Assembly (NCBI GenBank): GCA_963700285.1
Contig: CAVOXA010000010.1
Span: 1,472,001-1,536,000 of the forward strand
DNA length: 64,000 nucleotides
Reading direction: 5' to 3'
Origin: an uncultured Chloroflexia bacterium
GTDB taxonomy: Bacteria; Chloroflexota; Anaerolineae; JAAYZQ01
Position numbers and translations under genes: made by a program. The first letter of the stretch is position 1; every line of letters begins with the position of its first letter. The notes beneath the pieces were generated by a model, which was not told where the DNA came from, ran no database searches, and saw nothing but the letters and a program-made list of their open reading frames with translations. Positions 1-9,477 of this stretch are shown here, piece after piece.

Positions 1-68
1 GCGCGGGCAGGGTGAACGTCGTCTCATAAGGGTAAGCACCAGGTCCCGCTTGGAGCTTTTCAGAGTTC

Positions 69-527
69 TCACTTGTGCCCAGCGGGGTCGTAGTCGCAGG
101 CACCGTCGTCGCGATGAGCCAGATAGTACTCGATGGCCTGCCGGGTGGTGAAGGTCAGCGGCAGGTCCAGGGCGGCTTCCGGCTCCAGCCACAAGCCATC
201 GGTCAGTTCCTCATCGTCGAGCTGGAGCTCGCCCGTCCAGCGGTCTACGACAAAGTCGAGGTAGACCAGGTGGTGGCTGCCGTCCTTGTAGAGGGGCGGT
301 CGGATGCGCTCGCCGACGCGCAGCAGCCGGCAGCGGGTGGGGGTCAGGTTGGTTTCCTCGCGCAGTTCGCGGACCAGGGCCTGGGCTATCGTCTCGCCAT
401 ACTCGACGTGGCCGCCGGGGATGGCATAGTGGCCGGCGATCTTGCTAAAGAGGGCGACGAACACTTGTCCCTGAGCGTTCACCAATAGGGCGCCGACGAC
501 TAGCTCCGGTTGGCGCATATCAGTCAC
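69..527 (-). CDS. NUDIX hydrolase
   Basis: Nudix box PGGHVEYGETIAQALVRELREET in a 152-aa ORF. Confidence 0.9.
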   Translation of the reverse strand: MTDMRQPELVVGALLVNAQGQVFVALFSKIAGHYAIPGGHVEYGETIAQALVRELREETNLTPTRCRLLRVGERIRPPLYKDGSHHLVYLDFVVDRWTGELQLDDEELTDGLWLEPEAALDLPLTFTTRQAIEYYLAHRDDGACDYDPAGHK

Positions 528-533
528 TGCAAC

Positions 534-1031
534 CTAAGGTGGTAGATTGTCGTTACGGGCTTGATTTCGTACAAATGTGACTTGGGAAACATAGTCGCTG
601 AGCAAGAGTACCTGGATTCCCTGCACCTTGGTCAAACGGCGGTCATTTGTGACAAAAGCCGTGGCGCCAGCTTCCATCGCAGCGGAAATCTGCAATGCAT
701 CTGGCACGTGGATATCATGTCTCGCTCGCAAATCCACGGCGCGGCGGGCTAGAGCAATGTCAATTGGCACCATTCGAACCTGTTGCGAATCGACTAGAGA
801 GCGTTCATAGGCATCCACCAAGTCCAGACGCCCCTCACGTTGCGGATGTACACAGGTTTCAATGAGCGTGATGATCGATGTAATACCTTGAACCTCAGGT
901 GCTTTGAGAGTGCGAAAGAGCACCTCAGATGGTGCGAAGTAGCGGGGATGCTGCTCCCAGAAGTAGATGAAGGGTGCGGTATCCACACCGATGATAGGAT
1001 GCGGGCTCAAGTCGGCTTCTAGCTGTCCCAA
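534..1031 (-). CDS. vapC: PIN-domain ribonuclease toxin (VapC family)
   Basis: PIN acidic residues in VDTAPFIY, LIETC, PDALQISAA and FVTND; overlaps the small upstream gene. Confidence 0.85.
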   Translation of the reverse strand: MGQLEADLSPHPIIGVDTAPFIYFWEQHPRYFAPSEVLFRTLKAPEVQGITSIITLIETCVHPQREGRLDLVDAYERSLVDSQQVRMVPIDIALARRAVDLRARHDIHVPDALQISAAMEAGATAFVTNDRRLTKVQGIQVLLLSDYVSQVTFVRNQARNDNLPP

Positions 1032-1249
1032 CTTGCGCGCTCCTGCTCCAAGTATGCATCCACATCAATCTGTGCCCATAGATCTGCGCCCAGACCAGCC
1101 AGACTCAGCATATCCACAGGCTCGGTCTGTTTCTCCATCTCACTGCCTAGCCGTTCGGACAACAGGCTGATCAGTCGCAACCGATCACGAGGAGAAAGCT
1201 GCTCACTCATGTCAATCACCTGGTCAAGTGTTGCGGTCGATTCAGCCAT
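1019..1249 (-). CDS. putative antitoxin paired with the PIN toxin
   Basis: 76-aa acidic ORF ending DVDAYLEQERASWD; overlaps the vapC start; GGAGGG RBS upstream. Confidence 0.75.
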   Translation of the reverse strand: MAESTATLDQVIDMSEQLSPRDRLRLISLLSERLGSEMEKQTEPVDMLSLAGLGADLWAQIDVDAYLEQERASWDS

Positions 1250-1403
1250 CGCTTCCCTCCGTTAGTCTCATGACTCTAGAGGTATTTTACCATGCATTCT
1301 CATAGACCGCAAGGATGTTCAAGGGAACTGGCCTGCTTTGCTCTTTTGGCATCCGATCTTGCATCGGTCTTGAGAAAGTGGACGATAGCGGGAGCTGGCC
1401 CTG

Positions 1404-2102
1404 TCACTCCACCACGCGGTGGTAGACTGCCACCTTGTAGCCGAACTCGGTCTTTTCCTGCTGCAGGACGTGGGTTCTGGCCCCTTCGCCCCACAGGAAC
1501 TCGAGCACGGCCAGGGCCTCGTCGATGGTGCGAAAGCGCCAGACGGTGTCCACGACCTGGCAGGCAAAGCCTTGTTCCTGAAACCAGGGCGGCCAGGTTT
1601 CGCACTCGGCCTCGTTCGGCGGCCAGAATTGGGATAGCTCGTCACGGCCATAGTTCTGTACGACGACGATGTGGCCGCCAGGGTGGACGACCCGTTCTAC
1701 CTCGCGCAGCCCGGCCTCGCTGCCGGGCCCGAAAAAGTAGGCCCAGGTGGCATAGGCCACGTCGACCGCGCCATCCTCCAGGGGGATCGATTCGACGCTG
1801 CCGGGCACGACGGTCACGTTGGTGGCACCGGCGGACTTGCAGCGGCCCCTGAGGATGGGCAGCGCCCTGGGATCCGGCTCCAGGGCGTAGACGTGGCCGG
1901 CCAGCCGGGCATAGACGATGGTCCGGTCGCCGACGCCGGCTCCTACGTCCAGCAACGCCTGCCCCTCGAGGGGTGCGGCCACCTGCATCGCCGCCGGGAT
2001 GCGCTCTTCCGGATCGATGGCCTGGGCCATCAATTCGAATAGCGCGAGCTGATCTGGGCCCCAAAAGGGGATGACCTCTCGTTCATCCATCAGGGTAACC
2101 AC
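1404..2102 (-). CDS. class I SAM-dependent methyltransferase
   Basis: Motif I LLDVGAGVG, acidic motif II ALEPD, then IPLEDGAVD. Confidence 0.85.
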   Translation of the reverse strand: MVTLMDEREVIPFWGPDQLALFELMAQAIDPEERIPAAMQVAAPLEGQALLDVGAGVGDRTIVYARLAGHVYALEPDPRALPILRGRCKSAGATNVTVVPGSVESIPLEDGAVDVAYATWAYFFGPGSEAGLREVERVVHPGGHIVVVQNYGRDELSQFWPPNEAECETWPPWFQEQGFACQVVDTVWRFRTIDEALAVLEFLWGEGARTHVLQQEKTEFGYKVAVYHRVVE

Positions 2103-2845
2103 GCCAATAGTTCATCGATGCGGTCCAGGACCAGGCAGTCGGCCTCTGGGAAGAGGTGCTCGGGATCAAGCAGGACCGGCGTCAGGCCCGCGCGTTGGGC
2201 GCCGACAACGTCGGCCCAATAGTTGTCGCCGACATAGAAGGCTTCGCTCGCCTGGCTGCCAAGCCGTTCCAGGGCCGTGTAGAAAATGCCAGGCTCGGGC
2301 TTTTGGATCCCGACCTCGCCCGAGGCCAGGATCAGGTCGAAATAGGGCCACAGCGCTGTCTCGTCCAGCACTTTGTGGAATCCCTCCACGCTGTCCCGGT
2401 TGGTGATCAAACCCAGCTCGTAGCCGCGGTCCCGGAGTTCGGTCAGGGTCTGGCAGCCGGCCTCGGGGCAGTCGTAACTGAATGCCATGTCCTTGAACCG
2501 ACTCGTAATCTCATCGGCAAGGCCCTTCAGATTGCCCTCGACGCTCATGGCTTCCAACAAGTGCTGGTTAAAGTGACGCCAGAATTGACCGGGGGAGAAG
2601 CTTCTGAGTTGGGCGCGGATCTCCGGGTCGACAAAATACTGGTGGCGCATCCGCCGACCCTGGTACTCGGCCTCGGGGCTCAGCGGCTGGCCGATCTCGG
2701 TGCAATAGGCGCGGATGACGTCAAAGCTGCTGGGCTGGTGAAAGACCAGCGTGCCGTCAAAGTCGAATAGGGCGGTGCGGAAGGAATGGCTCACGGATGG
2801 TCCTTTCAGAATGTCCCCACGGGCAATCGGGCTGTATTCTAGCAC
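2090..2845 (-). CDS. HAD-family hydrolase (true start probably about 2794)
   Basis: LFDFDGTL, LITN, KPEPGIF and YVGDNYWADVVGA motifs. Confidence 0.88.
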   Translation of the reverse strand: MLEYSPIARGDILKGPSVSHSFRTALFDFDGTLVFHQPSSFDVIRAYCTEIGQPLSPEAEYQGRRMRHQYFVDPEIRAQLRSFSPGQFWRHFNQHLLEAMSVEGNLKGLADEITSRFKDMAFSYDCPEAGCQTLTELRDRGYELGLITNRDSVEGFHKVLDETALWPYFDLILASGEVGIQKPEPGIFYTALERLGSQASEAFYVGDNYWADVVGAQRAGLTPVLLDPEHLFPEADCLVLDRIDELLAWLP

Positions 2846-3123
2846 CGACGGTTGGGCGTGTCAAAACCGATCCTGCAACGGGACCGCCTGCTGGAAGCCC
2901 TGTCCTTGTACGCGCTGCGAAAAGAACCGGCCCAGCGACGTTGCTGGCCGCTGGGCCAGTTCCAACCTGTGAGGGCGCTTGCTGCTGCCGAACTACAGGT
3001 GTGCAGAGACTGGTGTTACAACCTCAGTCAGGTCCGTGCGTCATATGGAAGAATGCCAGATGCGTTTTTCATAGTACTTTGCCCCTCCTCCAAGGGGCAT
3101 GGGTACCAGGGCTCTACAGCATC

Positions 3124-4002
3124 CTACAGGTAGCCGTGTTCGACCAGTGCGCTCTGGATCCTGGCCGCTTCACCGTCGGTGCAGGGCTTGAAGGGTGGGT
3201 AGGTCCACCGCTGGCAGATACCGAAAAGCTCCAGTACGACTTTGAGCTCCGCCGGATCCTCGGTGTTCTTCCAGGGTCCCAGCGAACCGACCAACTTGTT
3301 CATGCGGAAAGCCTGGGCCTGGGCTTCTTTGATCTTGCCCTGCAGCCAGAGGTCAATGGCAGCGGTATAGCCCTTGGGGAAGCAACTGCCGGTGCTCATG
3401 GTCACACATTCGATGCCGTAGGCCAAATAGCCCAGCAGATTGCCTCCGCCAGCGCCAAGCACCTGGAAATCCTCGGTGCTAATGGTGGCCAGCTTGCTGG
3501 CCAGGGCCATGTCATAGCCGCCCACCTTCATCCCGGCGATGTTGGGGTGCGCTGACAGCTCCTTGATGGCCTCGAAGGTGAACTGCATCATGCGCATGGG
3601 GTTGCTATAGAGCCACAACGGCCGGGGTGATCGCTCCGCGAGGTCGGTATAGTAGTCGATGACCTCCTGGGTGTTGAGTTTGCGGTCGATGGGCATGACG
3701 TGGTAGCCGGTGATGGGCAGGTGCGCGGTTTCCTCAAAGAAACGGTAGATGTTGGGCAGGACCATAGACCCCGCGCCCATGAGCAGGCAGGTCCGGCCCG
3801 CCATGTGTTCGGCCACAACCTTGGCCACCTCGACCCGGTGTTCGTAGGACATGTTGAACGCCTCGCCGGCAGAGCCCAGCGCCCAGAGGCCGGGCAGCGG
3901 CGTCTCATAGAGGTAGTCGAGTAATTTAACATAACCATCGTGATCTGGGCTGCCGCCCTCGTGCATGGGGCTGAGCAGTACGGGCATCATTCCCTGTAAC
4001 AT
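3124..4002 (-). CDS. dihydrodipicolinate synthase / N-acetylneuraminate lyase family protein
   Basis: LGSAGEA, LYSNP and HPNIAGMK (Schiff-base Lys); AAAGGAG RBS. Confidence 0.85.
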   Translation of the reverse strand: MLQGMMPVLLSPMHEGGSPDHDGYVKLLDYLYETPLPGLWALGSAGEAFNMSYEHRVEVAKVVAEHMAGRTCLLMGAGSMVLPNIYRFFEETAHLPITGYHVMPIDRKLNTQEVIDYYTDLAERSPRPLWLYSNPMRMMQFTFEAIKELSAHPNIAGMKVGGYDMALASKLATISTEDFQVLGAGGGNLLGYLAYGIECVTMSTGSCFPKGYTAAIDLWLQGKIKEAQAQAFRMNKLVGSLGPWKNTEDPAELKVVLELFGICQRWTYPPFKPCTDGEAARIQSALVEHGYL

Positions 4003-4088
4003 TGGATCTTGACTCCTTTCTCAAAGTAGACTGACACTTGCTCGTGCCGGACCACAGTCCGGCGCATCGTACGACGTGCTTTGGCAGC

Positions 4089-4629
4089 CGTGCGTGGACT
4101 GTGGTCCACGCAGAGCGGGTGACGAGAGGCGGCGCATCTGGTAGCGTGCGTGGACTGTGGTCCACGCAGAGCGGGTGACGAGAGGCGGCGCATCTGGTAG
4201 CGTGCGTGGACTGTGGTCCACGCAGAGCGGGTGACGAGAGGCGGCGCATCTGGTAGCGTGCGTGGACTGTGGTCCACGCAGAGCGGGTGACGAGAGGCGG
4301 CGTATCTGGTAGCGTGCGTGGACTGTGGTCCACGCAGAGCGGGTGACGAGAGGCGGCGCATCTGGTAGCGTGCGTGGACTGTGGTCCACGCAGAGCGGGT
4401 GACGAGAGGCGGCGCATCTGGTAGCGTGCGTGGGCTGTGGTCCACGCAGAGCGGGTGACGAGAGGCGGCGCATCTGGTAGCGTGCGTGGACTGTGGTCCA
4501 CGCAGAGCGGGTGACGAGAGGCGGCGCATCTGGTAGCGTGCGTGGACTGTGGTCCACGCAGAGCGGGTGACGAGAGGCGGCGCATCTGGTAGCGTGCGTG
4601 GACTGTGGTCCACGCAGAGCGGGTGACGA
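4089..4629. repeat. tandem array of a 56-bp hairpin-containing unit, 9 full copies plus a 37-bp partial copy
   Basis: Unit CGTGCGTGGACTGTGGTCCACGCAGAGCGGGTGACGAGAGGCGGCGCATCTGGTAG; stem TGCGTGGAC-tgtg-GTCCACGCA; only two single-base variants seen (about 4303 and 4434). Confidence 0.97.
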
Positions 4630-4670
4630 CTGTTGTCGTGGTTGGTTCCTCCCTTCATGATCGTGCTGTG

Positions 4671-6323
4671 TCACGATCGTGCGATCTGGCGTGGGACCGA
4701 GATGTCCGTCCCCACGATCTTGTCCAACAGTTGCAGGCGTAGCTCATCCCGCAGCGTGCTACGCCCAGGATCGTCCCACAGGTTCTGCAGCTCGTGGGGA
4801 TCGTCCGCGAGGTCGAACAGCTCGCCGTAGGACCGGCCGGAGTAGATCGTTAGACGGTACCGTTCCGTGACCAGCGTGCGCATCTTGAACCCCAAATAGT
4901 CCTCGTCCATCTCTACCAGGGCGCTGCCATCCGTTGCGGTGTCCTGGCCTGTCAATACTGGTACCAGGCTCCGGCCCGGCCAGGCAGGGGGGGCGCCGAG
5001 TGCTTCGGGGTGCAGTGCCCCAGCGCGCAGGGACACTGGGTCCTGGGGAATAGGTACGCCGGCCATGTCCAGGATCGTGGGTGCCAGGTCCAGGAGGCTG
5101 ACCACGCCCTCGTGTACAGAACCCGGCGCCGTGCGCCCCGGCCAGCTTACCAGAAAGGGCACGCGGATCACGCCATCAAAGTGATAGGGTCCCTTGCCCC
5201 ACAGGCCGTGGTCTCCCAGCGCCTCGCCGTGGTCAGCTACGAACAGGACGACGGTATCCTCCTCCAGGTTGTTGGCTCGCAGGGCCTCCACGACGCGGCC
5301 GACCTGATGGTCGAGCATCTCGACGAGTCCGAAGTAATGCGCCGCGCACTCGGCAGCGTAGGGCGCCGTGGCGCTCATGGGCTGGCCCTTGTTGCCGCTG
5401 GTGGTGATGGGTGTCTCGTACATCTGCCGAAAGTGAGGCGGCAGATCGTCATACTCTCCCTGGCGACCCAGGGGCGGCGGTACCTCGGCTGGATCGTAGC
5501 CGTAGCAGTAGGGCGCCGGAGGAGCAAAGGGTGAGTGCGGCTCCTGGATGCTGCACATCAGGCAGAAAGGTCGCCCCGACCTCGATGGGTCCCCTTCAGC
5601 CGCCGGCTGCTGGCGACCAGCCCCATTCAAAAAGTCGATGCTGCGGTCAGCGATCCAGGTCATGGGGTGCAGCTCCCCGGGGAGCGCCCACTTGTACGAC
5701 TGGCGGTTGAAAAGCTGAAAGGCAGGGCTGGGCGGTTCCAGCGGTACCTTGTCGTGAAACAGATGTGCCTCGTTGGGATGCCCTGCACCGAGCCACTGCA
5801 CATAGTGCCCGTAGGTGCCGTGGCCATGCCCGTTGGCAAAGTCGACGCTTTCCAGCCCGTAGTAGGGCAGGGGCAGATCCCGGATCCGGCCCGAGAGCCA
5901 CATCTCGCCCCACTCAGGAAAGTCTTGTGGTTCGACAGCATCGAGGGGGATGCCGCTGGGCTTGGCGACGTGCAGATGGATCTTGCCGCAGCAGTGGGTG
6001 TGGTAACCGGCCGTGCGGAGTGCCTCGGTGAAAGTGGGTATCGACGGGTCGAGGGGGATGCCGTTCATGCGCACGCGGTGGCCCCGCGGCGTCAGACCGG
6101 TGAACAGGGTCGCGCGGGCCGGCATGCACAGGGGCTGCGAGGTGTACATGCGCCCGAAGGTCATGCCGCCGGCGGCCAGGCGGTCCAGGTTTGGTGTACG
6201 AACCAGGGGGTGCCCCGCGTAGCCCAGGCAGTAGGGATGGAACTGGTCGACGATGAATATCAGAAAATTGGGGTGCCCTGTCCCCTTTCGCTCAGAGTTG
6301 CCACTTGCGCCTGTGCCTGCCAT
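4671..6323 (-). CDS. sulfatase family hydrolase
   Basis: PNFLIFIVDQ, CxPxR motif LCMPARATLFTG, GKIH, ADHG. Confidence 0.93.
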   Translation of the reverse strand: MAGTGASGNSERKGTGHPNFLIFIVDQFHPYCLGYAGHPLVRTPNLDRLAAGGMTFGRMYTSQPLCMPARATLFTGLTPRGHRVRMNGIPLDPSIPTFTEALRTAGYHTHCCGKIHLHVAKPSGIPLDAVEPQDFPEWGEMWLSGRIRDLPLPYYGLESVDFANGHGHGTYGHYVQWLGAGHPNEAHLFHDKVPLEPPSPAFQLFNRQSYKWALPGELHPMTWIADRSIDFLNGAGRQQPAAEGDPSRSGRPFCLMCSIQEPHSPFAPPAPYCYGYDPAEVPPPLGRQGEYDDLPPHFRQMYETPITTSGNKGQPMSATAPYAAECAAHYFGLVEMLDHQVGRVVEALRANNLEEDTVVLFVADHGEALGDHGLWGKGPYHFDGVIRVPFLVSWPGRTAPGSVHEGVVSLLDLAPTILDMAGVPIPQDPVSLRAGALHPEALGAPPAWPGRSLVPVLTGQDTATDGSALVEMDEDYLGFKMRTLVTERYRLTIYSGRSYGELFDLADDPHELQNLWDDPGRSTLRDELRLQLLDKIVGTDISVPRQIARS

Positions 6324-6433
6324 AGGGTTTCCTGGTCTCTTTTACGCTATCACGGTTTCCACTCCGGCCAGGTCACGGACCTGGCCTGAGCAACAAAGAT
6401 GCCCCATGGGCCAACGGGGCAATAGATCTATTC

Positions 6434-7474
6434 TCAGGGGAAGGGCGTACCGGCCTGCTCCAGAAAGGCTTCGACCACTGCGGCTGCGTTCTCGATAGGA
6501 GTCCCAGGCTGGAGCGGCTTGGCCGGGGTCAGGATGTAGCCCCCTCCGCGGCCCATCTCACGACACAGGCGCGCTATCTCGGACCGGATCTCATCGGGTG
6601 TGCCAAAAGGGATGGTGGATTGGGAGCCCAGTCCGCCCCAGAAGGTGATCTGGTCCCCAAAATCTCTCTTGAGCTGGTAGGGATCCATGCCTGGAGGCTC
6701 AGGCTGGACGCTCTGCAGCACATCGAGCCCTATCTCGATCAGGTCCGGTATGATCTCCCGCACGCCGCCGCAACAATGGCTGAGGGTATATTTGCCCGCC
6801 TCGTGTACGCGGGCATACATGCGGGCATAATAGGGTTTGAGCAGCCGGCGCCAACGTCCTGGTCCCAGCAGAACGCCCTGCTGGTAGCCCCAGTCATCGC
6901 AGAACATGATGCCGTCTATGGGGAATTCCAGCAACCGCTCCACAATGGCCATGTGGTGTTCGGCCAGCCGGTCGATCATCTCCAGGTAAAAACCCTCGTT
7001 GGCGGCAGCGTCCATGAGGGATTCATCAAAGCCCCGCAGCGACCAGGGGCGCTCGAACAGGCCCATGCCAAAGCCCACGACGTTAAAGTGATCCGGATGC
7101 TGCTCAAAGCTGCGCAGCGTCTCTTCTTTCCATTCCAGTTCAAAGAGGGCGTCGACGTCGGGGAACTGGTAGCCTTTCAGCGAGGGCGACTTGAGCGCGG
7201 GTTCCTCCAGGTGGTAGGGCCGGCGGTCCACGCGCCAGACGGCTCCATAAGGGTCGGTGAAGGTTCGCTCGCCCGCCGAGTGCACGTCCAGCACGTCGGC
7301 CAGGCCCATCCGGCGGTTGATGTCGTTGTCAATGAGGTCGCGCCAGGCGGGCCCACCATAGTAGGCGTCCAGGCCTTCGGCTACATCCTCCTCAAAACCG
7401 AGGACGTAGGGAACGCGATCGGTCTCCTGGTGGTGTATCTGGGCGGTTACTCGCTCCCTGGGAGTCAGGCTCAT
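6434..7474 (-). CDS. uroporphyrinogen decarboxylase (UroD/MtaA-like) family protein
   Basis: DDWGYQQG, HCCG, FWGGLGSQ and GGGYIL motifs. Confidence 0.85.
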   Translation of the reverse strand: MSLTPRERVTAQIHHQETDRVPYVLGFEEDVAEGLDAYYGGPAWRDLIDNDINRRMGLADVLDVHSAGERTFTDPYGAVWRVDRRPYHLEEPALKSPSLKGYQFPDVDALFELEWKEETLRSFEQHPDHFNVVGFGMGLFERPWSLRGFDESLMDAAANEGFYLEMIDRLAEHHMAIVERLLEFPIDGIMFCDDWGYQQGVLLGPGRWRRLLKPYYARMYARVHEAGKYTLSHCCGGVREIIPDLIEIGLDVLQSVQPEPPGMDPYQLKRDFGDQITFWGGLGSQSTIPFGTPDEIRSEIARLCREMGRGGGYILTPAKPLQPGTPIENAAAVVEAFLEQAGTPFP

Positions 7475-7492
7475 ATTTGTCCCTCCTCAGAT

Positions 7493-7666
7493 CCTCCCGC
7501 AGGCTGTCACTACCTCAAGCTGTCGAGCAGGCAACGATGCATCCAATAAGCTGGCCGTGCTGCAGAACTAGCCTCCCGCAGGCTGCAACAGCCTCAGACT
7601 TTCGAAAAGGCGGCGATGCATCCAACGGACAAGCCATGAGGCTCAGGCCAAGCCTGCGGGAGGCTA
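7493..7666. repeat. REP-like element: 16-bp perfect inverted repeat plus an extra direct copy
   Basis: TAGCCTCCCGCAGGCT at 7569-7584, its reverse complement at 7651-7666, and a partial copy at 7493-7506. Confidence 0.65.
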
Positions 7667-9367
7667 CTAGCCCCAGCGAAAGCCGGCGACCTCTGCCGCG
7701 CGGTCCTGCCAACCGGGGTCCAGGACCGTGGTGTCGAGGTTCATCCGGCCGTCTACCTGTTTGACGGTGATGCTTTTGAGCCAGTCCCGGTCGTTTCGCT
7801 CCGGGAAATCGAGGCGGTAGTGGGAGCCGCGGGTCTCCTGGCGCATGAGCGCCACGCGGGCGATCATCTCGGTCACGGTCAGCATGTTGCCCAGTTCCAG
7901 GGCCTCGACCAGGTCGCGGGGCGAGTCGACGTGCAGATCGGTGGAAAACGATTCCCGGATCCGCGCTCCTTCTGCGAGCACGCGCCCCAGTCCCTCTTCG
8001 CTCCGGCCCCAGAGCAGATCCCGCCAGTTGCGCGCCTGCAGCGCCTGTCTGAGCGCTCCAGGCGATTGTTTGCCCCGGCTCCCTTTCAGGGCGTCGATCT
8101 CGGCCGTTGCGGCCTGTACCCGGTCCGCGTCCACGCCGGGCAGTTCCCCCCTGCGCGCGCCGGCCCCGGCGTGGCGGCCGGCCCTGGCCCCAAAGACCTG
8201 GGTCGCGGCCAGCATATGTCCCCCCCGCCGGTCGGCGCCATGGGGTCCGGTCAGGCATTCCCCCACGGCGTAGAGGCCCGGCACCGTGGTCTGGGCGTTC
8301 TCGTTGACCCGGAAGCCGCCGTTCGAGCAGTGATGGCAGACGCTGACCTCGATCAGCTGCTCATCGGAAAAGATGCCGCGGTAGTGATACCAGGCCGCCA
8401 TGTTTGGGTCCAGCAGGTGCTCAAACCCCCGGTGGTCAAGCCATACTCCGTCGTGGGCTGTGCCCCGTCCGGCGATTACCTCGCCCATGATAGCCACCTC
8501 CAGAAAGCGGGAGTAGAGGTCCCGGGTGGAGGCCGGGTCGTGCATGGAATGCTGCGCCAGGACCTGCTGGGGTGTCGCGCCGGGTGGACAGTAGTCGGCC
8601 AGGAATTCCTGCCCCTGGGCATTCAAGAACCTGGGTGCCCGATCCCAGGCCCAGAGATAGAGGGTATTGCGGGTGGGATGGACGATGGCCACAAAGACCT
8701 GTTTGAACTCGATGTTCATCAGTTCGGCGCCAGCCCGATAACCCATGGCATAGCCGTCGCCGGTTACACAGGATGCATTCAGATTGTGCCTGAATAGCTG
8801 GGCATCGCCGCCCGTGGCCAGGATCACAGCCCCAGCCGAGATGACGACGGTCTCGCCGCTCCCCTCGTCGATGCCAACCGCCCCGGTGCAAGTGCCGTCG
8901 CGGACCAAGAGGTGGGTGACCATCAATCGCTCTCTGATCTGTACGCCCCGGCTACGCGCCTGGCCGGCCAGGCCACCCACCAGGGGAACGCCGTGGGCCC
9001 GTACGCCCCGTCCAAAGCCCCGGTTCAGGTGGATGTTGAGGGCCGCCAGCTCGGTCAAGTTCCGCGTCGAGTCCTCGATGAGCACATGAACCAGCTCGGG
9101 GTCAGCCAGGCCCAGCCCGAGCTGAATGGTGTGGGCGTAGGACTGGTCGGGTGGTGGGAAAATGTCTTCTCTGTGGCCGTAGAGGACGCCGCCCCCCTGG
9201 CACAGGCCGTTGGCGCTGGCCCCGGCTCCCCGCAGGCCCACGGCGCCAAAGTAACCCTTGACCGCCAACAGGACATGGGCGCCGGACAGCCTGGCCTCCA
9301 AGGCCGCACGTAAACCGGCAGCGCCAGCACCTACAACCAGAACGTCGGTCTGCATCGTCTCTGCCAT
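7667..9367 (-). CDS. FAD-dependent oxidoreductase, SdhA/FrdA/NadB flavoprotein superfamily
   Basis: DVLVVGAGAAG, ILATGG, TGDG, PGLYAVGEC, HGADRRGG and ETRGSHYRLDFPE. Confidence 0.88.
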   Translation of the reverse strand: MAETMQTDVLVVGAGAAGLRAALEARLSGAHVLLAVKGYFGAVGLRGAGASANGLCQGGGVLYGHREDIFPPPDQSYAHTIQLGLGLADPELVHVLIEDSTRNLTELAALNIHLNRGFGRGVRAHGVPLVGGLAGQARSRGVQIRERLMVTHLLVRDGTCTGAVGIDEGSGETVVISAGAVILATGGDAQLFRHNLNASCVTGDGYAMGYRAGAELMNIEFKQVFVAIVHPTRNTLYLWAWDRAPRFLNAQGQEFLADYCPPGATPQQVLAQHSMHDPASTRDLYSRFLEVAIMGEVIAGRGTAHDGVWLDHRGFEHLLDPNMAAWYHYRGIFSDEQLIEVSVCHHCSNGGFRVNENAQTTVPGLYAVGECLTGPHGADRRGGHMLAATQVFGARAGRHAGAGARRGELPGVDADRVQAATAEIDALKGSRGKQSPGALRQALQARNWRDLLWGRSEEGLGRVLAEGARIRESFSTDLHVDSPRDLVEALELGNMLTVTEMIARVALMRQETRGSHYRLDFPERNDRDWLKSITVKQVDGRMNLDTTVLDPGWQDRAAEVAGFRWG

Positions 9368-9477
9368 CTCTCAACGGCTCCCCGGAGAACTACTGTTTTG
9401 TCTTGAAATTCTCTGTGCCCTCTGTCTCTGTGGTTCATTATTTTGCCCAACACGCTCTGGCTGCTGGTTCAGGGGGG

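Noticed and set aside
4089-4629. CRISPR array (37-bp palindromic repeat plus 19-bp spacer)
   Set aside because: The spacers are essentially identical and short, there are no cas genes in the window and no AT-rich leader. It is better explained as a tandem repeat.
3926-4674. Three overlapping ~220-aa repetitive ORFs on the minus strand
   Set aside because: They are by-products of a stop-free 56-bp repeat read in rotating frames, with no protein-like features.
7667-9367. Succinate dehydrogenase sdhA or nadB assignment
   Set aside because: No Fe-S or membrane subunits or nadA/nadC are adjacent, and the covalent-FAD His segment is not recognisable. Left at superfamily level.
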